Assembly (NCBI GenBank): GCA_038087875.1
Contig: CM075991.1
Span: 4,898,001 to 4,962,000 of the forward strand
From: Malacoraja senta
Lineage: Eukaryota
Direction: 5' to 3'
DNA length: 64,000 bases
Under the pieces are notes generated by a model that did not search any database, was not told where the DNA came from, and worked only from the letters and a program-made list of their open reading frames with translations. The first letter of the stretch is position 1. Every line of letters begins with the position of its first letter. The position numbers and the translations under genes are program-made. Positions 1 to 13,865 of this stretch are shown piece by piece.

Positions 1-1129
1 AATTTACTAATTTACATTAATCTGTCCAATCTTATTTTACAGAGATTTGTTTCAAAAATTAACGTGGTGGAATGACTGTGGTGGTGACAATGGAGCAGAT
101 AGCTCAAATTTAAAAAAACAATAATTGCATGAAGATTCGAGGAGGGGAAATTGAATTGTGGCTATAAAACTAAATTGGTAATGTCAAAAACAGCAGATGT
201 TGGAAATCTACAATAAAACAGAAAATGCTGAAAACACCAGCAGGTTAGACAGCATCTATGGAAAGAGGCACAGTAAATGTTTCTGGTCTGAGACTCTTCA
301 TCATAACTTGGGCATTTGATTGTTCCAAAATTGAAAGATTAGCAAGATTCATCCAGTTTTAATTCAAAAAGGTTTCATAGCACGAAAAGATTGGAAACCA
401 TCATATTTAGAGATTGGCTCAGGAAAATCTGGAAACCATGTTTGTTTAATAATCTTGTTAAACTCAACAGTGCAAAGATTTGGAAATCCCCAACCACCCT
501 GTACAGCATCTAACTGGAGACAGTAGTAATGTATGTTAGTGTATGAGTCATGCTGGCAGATATGTATATCTACTCACTGATCTACTCACTGGAACGGTGA
601 CTCAGAAGAAACTCTTAGGATCATGAAAGGCAGAAGTCAGCAAAGCAGGGAAATGTCAGAAGTAGGTTGGAGTAGTTCAACAGGATGCCACAGGCTTTTA
701 AGACTCCTCCACAAATTTTCAGATTTTATTTAACCTTTATATTTATGTTGCAATGTTGTAGACCACAGAAAAAATGAACTCAAGCCAAAATGTTGCAAAG
801 ATAAGCATTTAATTTTTAAATGTGAATCCTTGCTGCTGTGTCTAGGTTTGAATCTATACCTCATATAAATACCTAAACATAACTAGTCACTTTTGTGTCA
901 TACAACTTTTACCTATATGTGAAGCTCTGCTTTGAAAGTTTATATCAGGTTAGTTTTTAGGTCATGTTGTTATAGTGGAATTTAAAAAAACCACAAGATT
1001 TCTCAGCAATCTTTTTTGTCCCATAAAGCTTCCTGCAGTTAATTCCACTTTGTTATCTGGTCACTGTAAAACCAGAATATGACATTATCTTTTGCTCTGA
1101 ATAGTCGTAAGTAGTAAGGAAGGCAAACA

Positions 1130-1590
1130 CAATGCAAACATTTATTTCTAGAGGACTAGAGTAAAAAAACAGGGCTGTAATACTGAGGCTCTATAAAGGG
1201 CCTGTCCCACTTGGCCGTCATTTGCGCGTCATGCAGGTGGCTCGCGAAGATTTTGTGAATCCCAATATCCTGGGGCGCCGCTCGCGACCGCGCGTCACTG
1301 CCTACGCCACCACGTCTCACCACGCGCCATGCACGCATAATGCACGCCATGTGCGCGTGATGCGTAAATGATGTCGCGTAAATGACGCGCAAATAACGCC
1401 CAAGTGGGACAGGCCCTTGAGGCACTGGTCAGGAGGTATTTGGAGTATTGTGAGCAATTTTGGGCCCCATATCTGAGCAGGCATGTGCTGGCTCTGGAGA
1501 GGGTCCAGAGGAGGTTTACGTGAATAATCCCAGGAATGAGTGGGTTAACATATGATGAGTGTTTGACGGCATTGGGCCTCTACTCTCTGG
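1130..1590 (+). mobile_element. CR1 RT fragment interrupted by a MITE
   Basis: LRLYK/ALVR..LEYCEQFWAPYL...LERVQRRFT once the 1197-1417 insert is removed. Confidence 0.8.
1197..1417. mobile_element. Non-autonomous TIR element (PIF/Harbinger-type MITE)
   Basis: TIRs AGGGCCTGTCCCACTTGG...CCAAGTGGGACAGGCCCT. 3-bp target duplication TAA/TGA inferred from the restored CR1 frame. CpG-rich interior. Confidence 0.8.
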
Positions 1591-3689
1591 AAGGTCCTGA
1601 TCAACCCCGCCCGGCTGGGTCGCCTGGGCGAGGGTGTCTGATGTTGTGAGACCCGAAACACGCGATGACCCCAGATCACATCACTGAGGATGCGTCCCAG
1701 TGCATCTAGAAGATGTATATTTTTCACACGGAATTGAACTTATTTGCTGACAATCTTTTTGCAAGATCATAATCTGTGCTAAAAGATTAAAATCTGGAGG
1801 GATGGTAAAACCAAATCTTATCAGATTTCTTGCACGTAGGTTTGACTCAACTGACTCCTGGATAAGAGACCCAGACTGACTGTTTACAAATCTAGAAAGG
1901 TTGGAGAACAGATTAACAAAGCAGTTGTGTGATTGTGGAAGCAGAGGCATGAAGTAAAATCCCAAGACATTGGGTTAATTGGACCACAATATTTTAGCTG
2001 ACTTCTACTTTGGCTTTAGTATCTCCCATTTGTCACAGATTATCGGCAAGTCTTCTAATATTGCCTGGGAACCAATCAGTTTTATTAACACTGGCAGGAA
2101 TGTGGAGAATTGAATCACTCTGTTTTTGTCTAGGATTCTATCATGATTTGTAATGAATTGAGAGCTTTACAAATACATAATAGTTTAATTGATATTATGA
2201 CTCATCCTAAAGGTTCAATCATAGCCACTCTCCGGTGACCTTTCCGAAAAGAGTCATAGCTGATGGACTCCCTATAATTTATCGTGCCCTCCTCCTCCTC
2301 CTCCCTTCTCTCCTTTTGTGTCTGTCCACGGAAAAAGATCCTTTCTCATTTCACTCTCCTCTCTACTTCAATCTCAACTCCCTGTACCCTTTATCCTGTG
2401 TCTGTACACTGTGGATTGCTTGGTTGTAATCATTAATAGTGCTTTCTTTGACTGGATAGCACAAATACTGTCGCATTTCACTGTACCTTGGTGGACAAGG
2501 AAATAATAAACCAAACTAAACAGAAACTAAACATTAACCTTAATCTGCAGAAATTAGCCATACAACTGCTCCACTCCGTAAGATCTAATTTGATCTTTAG
2601 CCTTAAATCCATTTCCAAGCTCAATCCATTCTGCGTACCCCTAATTTCTACTATTATTAACTTATTAATTACTATTAATAATTAGTAAAAACTGACTTTG
2701 ACAATTTATCTTCGATTAAAACTATAATCTCTCTCACCTCAAAGGAGTGCAGTAATAATAAACAATTGGATTAGCTATTTACTGAAAGATCTGACTGACC
2801 CACAAAGTCTCTCTTTCATCTGTAGAAATTGCTCAACTGCTAATTATATTTTTAAACCTCTGAAGCTTGTCTCCTATATCCTCACATCCAGAGCAGCTTC
2901 TCAGCTGTTATCAGACAACTGAACCATCCTACCAACAACTAGAGAGCAGACCTGAGCTACTTTCTACGTCATTGAAAACTCTCGGACTATCTTTAATTGG
3001 ACTTTATTGGACGTTATCTTGCACTAAACGTTATACCCTTTATCCTAGTGTATCTGCACACTGTGGATGGCTTGATTGTAATCATGTATACTCTTTCTGC
3101 TGACTGGCTAGCTTGCAACAACAAGCTTTTCACTGTACCTCGTTACATGTGCTAATGACAATAAACTAAACTAAACTAGCCATCCAATAGGTGCAAGGAG
3201 CTCCTTGTCACTATCTGCATTTCTCTAGTTTCCTTCTTATCAAACGTTGTTCTTTCCAAATTCATCGATAAAACTTGTCCCCATCTCCCTCAATCCTGTT
3301 CTCATTAAACTCCTGACCACCCAACTTTCTTCCTGAATTCTATGTTAACTGACATCATTAACAGCTTTCTCCTCAAGTTCTGGATTGGTGCCAATTTGCA
3401 ACTTTGATCAGGGCTGAATTTCAATCTAGTGGTAGGGATGGAAACATAATTGGGGTCATTCGCACAAGGAGATCTGGGTAAGTGGCAAGAATTTGGAAAA
3501 CTGAGATAGACTGTAGAAAATTATCATCATCACCACGCTCTTCTCAAAAGCCTTTTCATCTTTACAAACCTATTGCCCCATGTCCAACCTTCCTTCCTTA
3601 CCAAACATTGTAAATGTGTTTTATCTTTCCAAATTCATGCCCATCTTACTCAGAGCCCCCCTGTTGTTGCACTGACAGACTGAATGCTG

Positions 3690-4960
3690 CTGCTATGTAA
3701 AGTGATCACTTAATCTGCAGGTGGCTTCACCAGTGATGAGGAGACCACATTGTGAACACCAGGTATAGGAGAAGAGATTGGCCAAAGTGCTAGTGAACCA
3801 CTGCTTCATGGGATAGACTGTTTGAGTCCTGAATAGTGGGAAGGGAAGATGTGTAAGAACAGTTGTTGCATGTCCCGTGGAAAACTGACAGTGCCACAAG
3901 GTGAGGAGTGGCAGGTGGGAACCGAGAGTGCACCAGGAGTCACAAAGGGAATAATTGCTCCAAAATGCTAAAAAGGGAATGGAGTGGTATACGTATCCAG
4001 TGGTGCAATTTTGTTGGACCTGCCAGAAATTGTTAAAAAATGACCCGTTGAATGCAGAGGTGTTGATGAAGACCATTGGTCTCTGACATTGTTTCAAGAG
4101 GAGAGATGCTGAGAGAAGCTCAAGAAATGGATCAGATGGGGTCAGGGATCCTGGCCATTACAGTAGAGGGGGAAGCTATAGTTTATGAATAAGGCAGACA
4201 TTTCGGGAGCACCAACAATGGATCAAATTAGTTATTTGGGAGAGTCTAGGACTAGAGCTCATAGCCTCAGAATTAAATGACACAGAAGACTTTGGAGACC
4301 AAGTCAATGGTTATTTTTAAGGAAGAGATAGATAGATTCTTGATTAGTACATGTGTCAGGAGTTATGGGGAGAAGGCAGGAGAATGGGGTTAAGAAGGAG
4401 AGATAGATCAGCCATGATTGAATGGCGGAGTAGAACTCATGGGCCGAATGGCCTATTTCCACTCCTATCACTTATGACCTTATGAGATTGAGGAACTGGG
4501 AGAATGCTTTAGAGTACTTACAAGAGACATGGTGGGAGCAAGTATAACCATGTGCGTTCTGTGGATATGTAATGGGTGTTTATGTCTAACCTATCTCCTG
4601 AAGTGGTGGACAGACCCAGAAAGGAGAGAGTCAGAAAGGGACCTCGTAAAGGTAAGAGCAAGGAAGAAATTGATGGTAAACATAATGAAATTTGTGAGTT
4701 CTCTATGAGTGCAGGAAATATCACTACTGATAATTCAATTCTCAATGTACCAGTGAAAGAATTGAGTAGGATTGAAACAAAGACTGTTGCATGTGTCCAA
4801 GAAAAAAGACAGGCATGGCTTGGGTCCATGCAAGTTCCCATGGCACTACCTTTGTTCTGAGGACATTGAGTTAAAATGAAGGAGAAGTCGTTTAATCTGA
4901 AATTGTGTTCAGCCAAGTCAGTGAGTATGGAGGTGAACTACTAGGGCCTCCATTCAAGGA
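3690..4960 (-). mobile_element. Degenerate Penelope-like element (RT plus GIY-YIG endonuclease) with a nested CR1 tail (about 4235-4480)
   Basis: LNDFSF..T...Q.KG.AMGTCMDPSHACLF is the PLE RT motif. QWFTSTLANL.....CSQCGLL..GE...RL.DHF is a GIY-YIG relic. Confidence 0.8.
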
Positions 4961-4965
4961 AGACG

Positions 4966-5160
4966 GAATGGGTGACATTTCGGGTCGAGACCCTTCTTCA
5001 GACTTCCTTATCTATGTACCACCCACTCCCCTGACTTCAGTCTGAAGAAGGGTCTCAACCCGAAACGTCACTCCTTCCTTCTCTCCAGCGATGCTGCCTG
5101 TCCCACTGAGTTACTCCAGCATTTAGATTTAAACCAGCATCTGCAGTTCCTTCCTACACA
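4966..5160. repeat. Penelope-derived terminal repeat in inverted arrangement with a hammerhead-like core (representative copy)
   Basis: CTGAAGAAGGGTCTC(G/A)ACCCGAAACGTC on both strands. Other copies near 8390-8660, 13412-13540, 15120-15260, 16670-16875, 21330-21490, 27655-27820, 32000-32097, 36490-36585, 38750-39000, 46150-46310, 52920-53090, 55130-55300, 60440-60625 and 63740-63830. Confidence 0.75.
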
Positions 5161-5756
5161 TGAAATACTTGTAGTTTGTTCAATATTGGAATGGGAAAAT
5201 GTGTCAGTCCTTACAAATCAAGGTAGAACCCATTGCTGGAGTACCTCAACGGGTCTGGCAGCATCTGTGGAGAACATGGATATGTGATATTTTCGGGTCA
5301 GAATCCTTCTTCAGACTGATTGTAGTCAGGGGGAGAAAGTTGTAAAAGCATACAGCAAGCATGTTCAGCTAGTGGTGAGATGTCTGGTTTGAGGGATTGA
5401 TATTGGGAGAATATCTGGGGGAATGCACCTATTCTGCTTGTCAAATTTAGCTGAAAGTACAGTAAATATCTCAGTTTGCCTTATCTGAAATGGCATCTCC
5501 AACAGTACAGCAATCCCCCAGTGCTGCAATGGAGTATTTGCTTGTATTTTGTGCTTAAGTTGCTGAGCAGAACCTGAACCAACAGCCATTTTACTCAGTT
5601 GTGCAAACTACATACTGAACCAGAGCTGACTGTACCGTCAGACAAATCTATCGCTCTATTTTGAACACTTCCATTTGATATTCAGTATCTTTAATAAGGC
5701 CATGTTTGTTTGTTTTCCAAATCACAACCATTTATTGATCCATTAAGAGTCAAGTA

Positions 5757-6270
5757 GAAATAGACAATAGGTGCAGGAGTAGGCCATTCGGCCCTTTGAG
5801 CCAGCACCGCCATTCAATGTGATCATGGCTGATCATCCCCAATCAGTACCCCGTTCCTGCCTTATCCCCTTACTCCGCTATCTTTAAGAGCCCTATCTAG
5901 CTCTCTCTTGAAAGCATCCAGAGAACCTGCCTCCACCGCCCTCTGAGGCAGAGAATTCCACAGACTCACAACTCTCTGTGAGAAAAAGTGTTTCCTCGTC
6001 TCCGTTCTTAATGGCTTGCCCCTTATTCTTAAACTGTGGCCCCTGGTTCTGGACTCCCCCAACATCGGGAACATGTGTCCTGCCTCTAGCGTGTCCAAAC
6101 CCTTAACAATCTTATATGTTTCAATAAGGTTCCCTCTCATCCTTCTAAACTCCAGAGTGTACAAGCCCAGCCGCTCCATTCCCTCAGCATATGACAGTCC
6201 TGCCATCCCGGGAATTAACCTTGTAAACCTACGCTGCACTCCCTCAATAGCAAGAATGTCCTTCCTCAAA
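5757..6270 (-). mobile_element. Young 5'-truncated CR1 LINE 3' end
   Basis: LRKDILAIEGVQRRFTRLIPGM...SRTRGHSLRIRG...FFSQRVVSLWNSLP plus CR1 3' UTR. Confidence 0.93.
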
Positions 6271-9200
6271 TTGTGTGCACAATGTGTTTTTTTACAATCA
6301 AAAAAATAAAAGAAAGATTTTTTTCCCCTTAGTGAACAATTCTTCTTTGTTTCAAGCATTTTGCTAAAATCTAAGTTTTCAACCTCAGACTTTATGTCAG
6401 AGGCACAGCATTAAGTATGGTGAGGATCTATGTTTAGTGAGGTCATTGGTGTCAAGGTAGGAAGTGAGCAATCGTATCTCAGCCTCGCTCCGGGAAGCTA
6501 AAAAGTCACAGCGGTTTTTGTTCCTGATCAAATTTTCGTCATCCCTATTATTGCACAGACTAGAGTTATACCTTCAAATGCCACGATATTCATATCTAGT
6601 GAATGGTGGCAACTGCATTTCTAGTCTGCTTCTCACTCCAATCAATGAACATGATTACTTTTTTTATTATTTAGCCACCAACCGGGGATGAATCCTTATG
6701 CTGAGTCTGATATGCAAAACAATGAGGAAATGTTTTTTTTCCACACAGGCAGTGGAAAGCGGAACTTGCTTCTCCAAAACATTGTGGATGTTGGGTCAGT
6801 TGAACTTTCAAAACTGACATCATTAGGCTTTCGTTTTATGAAACGTATGTGCGAACGTGACTCCCTGATGCATGCAAGAAAGTAGCTGCAGCCAAACTGA
6901 CACAAAATTGGTATGACCCGCGACTGTGTTTAGTTTAGTTTAGAGAAACAGCGCAGAAATCGTCCCTTCTGCCCACTGACCAGCGATCCCTGTACACTAG
7001 CACTATCTACACACTAGGGACAATTTGACCAAAGCCAATTAACTTACAAACCTGTACGTCTTTGGAATGTGGGAGGAAACCAGAGCACCCGGAGAAAACT
7101 CACACAGTCACAGGGAGAATCTACAAACTCTGCACAGTCAGGATTGAATCTGGGTCTCTTGCACTGTAAGGCAGCAACTCTACCATGCACCACTGTGCCG
7201 CCCGACTGTGCTTTTAACAAACTGTAGAAAGTGCTTGATAGTGAAACACAGGTGCAGCCATGGATCTATTCCCATGCCTTTACAGTTGCACATCCATGTT
7301 ACGTGTGTTGACATGGATTGTGCTTTATGTTGGAGAGTTTGAAGTTAGGAATGGAGGCTGCTGTGTCGAGCTTTGATGAAACGATCCACAGATCATTTTC
7401 ACTTTGTCGACATTTACACTGCATTGTTCAATATGCACCCTTACTGCTAAACCCGTCTTGGAAATTGACGCAAATGCTCCAGAAGAGGGTGAGACTGGGT
7501 TCAAAAGATAACCACTGGATGGTGCTGGCCCGTAAATCTGGAAAAGACTGTGGCTTTCTCCCTTACCCCTGAGAAACTGTTGTGGGTAGCCAGTGCAGGA
7601 ATGATGGACTTGCAGTTTTCATCTCTCCTTCGGTTCGAGTCTGCGCACTTCTGTGCACCAACTGCTGTCAAGACCGAGAAGTCACCGTCACGTGGTTTAT
7701 GTTTAAGAGGTAAATGCATAGTGACAGACATTGCTTTAGATTCAGCCGGTTGTACCATCAAACATGTCAGGAGATCCACCTGATTGAATCCTTACTCTAA
7801 GGTCTTACTTGCAATGCTTCACTGATGTATCAACTTATATTCTAATATGCTGTCGTTTCTTTAGCCTAACGTTTAATGCTAAGAAGGCTATATCCGTTTT
7901 TTAAAAATGTTCCTTACCAAATTAAAATTACAGGAGCATTGGGAAGAATATGCATTTAACTTCTGTTGTAAGGATTAAAATTTAATTAAGTAAAACCAAC
8001 ATAGGTCTCCACAGTCCCATAGCAAGCTAGCAAAGGTTTAGAATATTATGCGCAGCCTATAAATAGAATCACCAGAATGTTGCACTACAGGAGGCAATTT
8101 GGCCCATCACGCTTCTGTTAATTCTTTGAAAAAGCTGTCCAATTAGTTTCACTCCCTTTTAATAACAGAAAATGCTGCTAACATTCAGCAGATCAAACAG
8201 TAACTGAAGGAAGAATCCAACAATTCAGGTCAAAGTGCTATCACCAGAACCAGGAAAGAAAGAAAAACAAAATAATTTGTCCACCCATCTGCCAATCAGA
8301 ATTCCCCTACACCAATATCAAATTAACATTTGCAAGGCTTTGTCCTGTTCCCATCTCTTTTGCAATTTTCTCTCCCCCTCTACAATCAGTCTGAAGAAGG
8401 GTGCCATGTCTTGCAGAGACACCGCCTGACCCGTTGGGTTACTCCAGCACTTCGTGTCCTATGTAAAATTCCAGCAGGTCTGGCTGTGCTAACGGAGAGA
8501 GAAAGGCTGAGCTAATATAACAGATGGTTAGTAGTAACGAGGAACTGCAGATGCTGATTTACCAAAGAAAGACACAAAGTGCTGGAGCAACTCGGCAGGG
8601 AAGTATCATTGAAGAACATGGATAGGCGAAGTTTCGGGTCGGGTCCCTTCTCCGGACTGGTTGCCTTACAACAGAAGTGGCCAGTTGTGACACAGATCAA
8701 GAAAATGAGTTACCAGAAGATATCAAATTCACAATGGATTTTGGAAGGCTGCACCATGCCCAGATGGAACATGAGGTGCTGTGGGAGGGACGGACAGACA
8801 CATAGGTCAGAGTGTGAGTGGGATGGAAAATTAATGTCTTGCCAGAGGGAGCTGAGGGTCAAATCTGGACTGAGCGCAGGTACTCCACAAAGCGATTACC
8901 CAAATCTGTGATAATCTCAACATTGTATTTGTGTATTTACGTATATAATGGTATATGGACACACTGATCTGTTTTGTAGTCAATGCCTACTATGTTCTGT
9001 TGTGCTGAAGAAAAGCAAGAATTTCATTGTCCTGTCAGGGACACATGTCAATAAACTCTCTTGACTTGACTTGACTTGTATTATGAAAGCTGGCTGCAAA
9101 AGTGAATCACTATTATCCCGGAAGGAATGTTTGAAGCCCTCATGGGTAGATTTGAAAGGATAGATGCTGCGTTCCCTGCGGCTGCATGGGAAAATGGTGT

Positions 9201-12200
9201 AAGAAAGGCAGCGACTGGTCGCGATAGAAGAACAGTCCAGGGAGTGACAAAAGGAATGGTGCCATCAAAATGAGAGGAGAGGAGGTGTCGGGCTGTGAAT
9301 CTTGCTGGATCTTAGGGAAATCACAAATGTTGGTCCATTGAATGCAGAGATTGGTGAGGTGGAAGGTGAGGACTAGGGGAATTCCAGTATTTGCAGCCTT
9401 GCTTATATTTTAGTCCTGCACCATTCATCTTTATTCCGAGGTGACACAGTGGTGCAGCTGGTAGAGCTGCTGCCTCAGAGCGCCACACACCTGGGTTCAA
9501 TGCTGACCCTGGGTGCTTGTCTGTATGGAGTTTGCACGTTCCCCTGTGATTCTTGGGTGTCTTCCGAGTGCCTCGGTTTCCTCCACATCCCAGAGATGTG
9601 CGGATTTGCAGGTTGATTGGCCTCTGTAAATTGCTCCTGGTGTTCTAGGGAGTGGATGAGAAAGTGGAATAATATCAACATAACATAAACGGGTTATTGA
9701 TAGGGGACGATCAGCCATGATCACAATGAATGGCAGTGCTGGCTCGAAGGGCCGAATGGCCTCCTCCTGCACCTATTTTCTATGTTTCTAAACAAGGGTG
9801 AATGCGTGACTGGTGGTCAGCGTGGACTCAGTGGGCCAATGGGCCTGTTTCCATGCTGTATCTCTGACTTAAACTAAACAGCCCTAATTCTTTACCCAAT
9901 TTCCTTTTCAAAGCCATTATTGAATTCATTTTCAACACTCTTAAGCGCAGTGCATTGCAGATCCTAAACTTCCCCACAGCACCACCGAGTATATACGAAC
10001 ACACCATTAATGCATGATAGCTTATTCGCTTTTCCATAATCATAGAATTAGAAAAAAAGCAAAAGAGGCTTACCAATCTGCAACTGTTGCTAGGAGATGT
10101 GGCACCTCTATACTGATCGGTTGTTTAAATGGTGCCCCAGCCTTGCTTCTGAAACTAAAACTATCACCATAGCAGTAGAAGAGAATCTCCTAGCAACCAG
10201 CTTAGTTGTAGATAAAGTGACTCTTTGTACATCTTTTCATCTAATTTTTGAGTAGAATTTTGTTTATAACGGTTATATTTCTTGTTGAGACTTGAGGCCA
10301 TTTCATTATATTAATATAGAGTTGAAATGAGTTGAAAGTGCGCCTATCTTTCCACTTCCACAGACTTAGCCTTTTTTACCCACTGTTGCTATTGAATCCC
10401 TGTCCAAAAATATTATATGTAATTCCATGATTTACCAAAGCAGAGGCAAAAACATTCATGCAATTTGGCCCGGAAAAGGTTCTTATTATTAAAGATAAAT
10501 AATGCCATAAAACTTCTTAAATAATTTGCAGGTTTATTATATAAAAGTCAAGAAGGAAAATTATAGTTTAAGCCCTTATTGAATTGCAAAGCAAAGAATA
10601 CAGCCCCTCAGCTCAAGTTAGTACTGAATTATTTTACATATCTTATGTAAATTTTATATGGGTATCTTTTTGTATGCAACAACTTGGTATTAAAGGATAC
10701 TGTGCCAAGGAGTTGTGGGATCATCAAAGACATGCACATCCCTGGCTATGCCCTCATTTCGCTCCTATATCGGGAATAAGGTGCAGAAGCCTGAAAACTG
10801 CACACCCCTAACCTCAGCAACTGTGAACTTCCATGGACTATGGCACTACGATTGCACTACAGGCTTCAGTTTTTGCACTATGATGGTTACCTGGCATTAG
10901 GGTTATCAATTTTGTTGCATTTTTTCATTATATATCATCTGTGTGTATTGTGTTTGCGGGCCTGTTAAGCAGCTGCAAGTAAGAATTTTATTGTTCCGTT
11001 GTCAGTACACATGACAAACACTCTTGACTCTCGATAAATGTTTGCTAGAATCGAGGAAGTTTACAATTAAGAATTGTTTGTCTCATCGTGTTCATGCAGC
11101 TTTAGAGAACTATCCAGCCTTTCACTTTCCAGCGTTTGGACTGAAGCCATTAAGGTTAAGGCATTTGAACTGCTCAAATTCCTTAAATGTTGGTCAGTTT
11201 GAAACTTGTTGGTGTTCCAGTGCAACAAGATATCCAGAAGTAAATGCCACCGACTGGATATCTGTGCACTGAAGCTCCGTGCAGCAAACACAAAGACTTA
11301 GTGGGGTAGGACTGCAGACCAAGGACTTTCTGCCACTGGGAACTGAGGGGCAGTTCCTGTGCAACAACCTCTCAAACATTGGGTGGATGTATTGTCAAAG
11401 AGGCCACATGAGTGTCAATGGAGCTATATATATAGAATGCATTGGTTTGTTGGCACTGTGAATGTAAAGAAAGACATTTACTGTTGTATTTATTTACTGG
11501 TGTTTAGTTTAGGGATACAACGTGGAAACAGGCCCTTCGGCCCACTGAGCCCATGTCGACCACTCGAGTACGATGTTATCCCACTTTCGTAACCTACACA
11601 CTTGGGACAATTTACAGAAGGCAATTAGCCTATAAATCTGTACGTCTTTGAAATGTGGGAGGAAACTGGAGCACCCAGAGAAAACCTACTAGGTCACAGG
11701 CAGAACGTACAAACCCCCCGTACCCATATTCAAGATTAAAGCCGAGTCCCTGGCGCTGTGAGGCAGCAACTCTACCATTGCACCATCGTGCCGTTCTGAG
11801 TAAAGTTTACTTTTGAAAGAATCAAAAAATTCCCACAAAATCCAGGACACAAACAAAGGCAAAATGGTGATTTTGCACAGGCGGGGTTGAAATATCAGCA
11901 ATTGAGTTATCCTAAATTACGCGCGTATTCTTGTTTGCAGAATGTTATGGAGTGACATTGGCAGAGATTTAGGGGAGAAGCAATGTTTATCCCTATCTTA
12001 ATTGAAAGCTCATGTTTGCTGGCAAAGAAGAAGCGATAAATTGCAACTCAACACAGTTTAAAAAAAAGACGTGGTTGTTTTTTTCCCTCCAACTGAACAG
12101 TGTGCATCAGGATGATGCATTGCCACATGCTGCAATGTAAGCCAGGTGGGTATGGGAGGAGCATAAGACTGAAGGGCCAGACTGTAAATGCTTACAGTGA

Positions 12201-13865
12201 GATAGGGAACACAACCTGTCTCACACACCTTTCACGACTTGTTTCAAACCCAAAGCAACCTGAGATGTGACAGCTGGCTATCAGTTCAGCTTTCATAATA
12301 ACTTAAAATGAGGAAGAAAATAAAATTAATTAAAGGAAATGGATGGGAAGAAAAATAATTCACACCTCAACAGTTAATAGACACATTCCGTAATGCAAAT
12401 TGAATAGTACCGTGAAAAAGATTTGCATTTAATTTGCGTGGTTTGTGAACCATAATGTAAGATGCAGAAAAAGTAAAAGAAAAAGTATAAAGCAAAGAGT
12501 AACATGGGTAAATCTCTCTGGAATAATTCTGGCAATAATAGTAAGAAGGACATTGTTGCTCTTTCTTTCATCTGCGAATGTAAAATAAGCATTGCGGGAT
12601 CGTACTCTATTATTAAATGGCCAATGGAGAAATTAGGGAACAACATTGATTCAGGGTGCACGCAAGGGTCATTGAGCAATTTTCAGCAGGATTTAAAAAT
12701 ATGACAAGCAGCAACCCCAATGGTAAAACATCGAAATCTCATCACAATCACAGCATAAAAAAACAGTGTGTCTGATGATTAATAAGAATCATAATAGGAA
12801 AACAACATACCACTCAGAAAATGAGATGAAATAAAACATGTATGCTTGCACATAACAATGCTTTATAAACATCAGAAAGATTCAATTCACTGGAAAACTT
12901 TCTTGGCTGACTATTGCTTAAAGGAAGTCCTGTTGAAAAGTGATTATTACTTTACGTGTATTAATCTATGGACTCGGAACAGTGGAAAGTTCTTGTTCAT
13001 GTTATGGGGACAGAGTTAGGCCATTCGGCCCATCAAGTTTACTCTGCCATTCAATCATGGCTGATCTATCTTTTCCTCCCAACCCCATTCCAATGCCTTC
13101 TCCCCATAATCCCTGACATCCTTACTAATCAAGAATTTATCAATCTCCGCCTTAAAAATATCCATTGACATGCCTTCCACAGCTGTCTGGCAATGAATTC
13201 CACAGATTCACCACCCTCTGACTAAAGAAATTCCACCTCATCTCCTTTCCTAAAGATACAACCTTTTATTCTGAGGCTATGACCTCTGCTCCTAGACTCT
13301 CCCACTAGTGGAAACATCCTCTCCAAATTCACTCTATCCAAGCCTTTCACTATTCGGTAAATTTCATTGAGGTCCCCCCTCATCTTTCTGAACTCCAGCG
13401 AGAGGCCTCTCAGTCTGAAGAAGGATCTTGACCTGTAAAGATCACCTATTCCTTTTCTCCAGAGTTGCTGCCTGACCCGCTGAGTTTCTCCAGCATTTTG
13501 TGTCTATCTTTGATGTAAACCAGCATATGCAGTTCTTTCCTACTCATTATCTCTTGATCAGACATGTGATATAGTTCTAATGGATGGCTACAAGAGCCTG
13601 TTGCACTATGATTTACATCATCCATGCCCGCTGTAAGTGCTTCAAGTGCTGGCACACCATGCACATGGAAACCCCAGGGAGTATTTTACAAGCTGTGTAA
13701 CGTGTGTGTTTTCACTAGATTTCATGTGTAGTCATAGACATTGCTCTTCAGAGAGACTTTAGAGATACAGCATAGAAACAGGCCCTTCGGCCCACCGAGT
13801 CACGCCAACCAGTAATCACCCCATAGCACTAGCACTTGAGATTATTTACAGAATCCAATTAACCT

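Noticed and set aside
7318..7790. Possible exon(s): HWMV motif on + (PEBP-like?) and an AG...GTAAGG-bounded ORF on -
   Set aside because: Surrounding residues do not fit PEBP4 or any protein I recognise.
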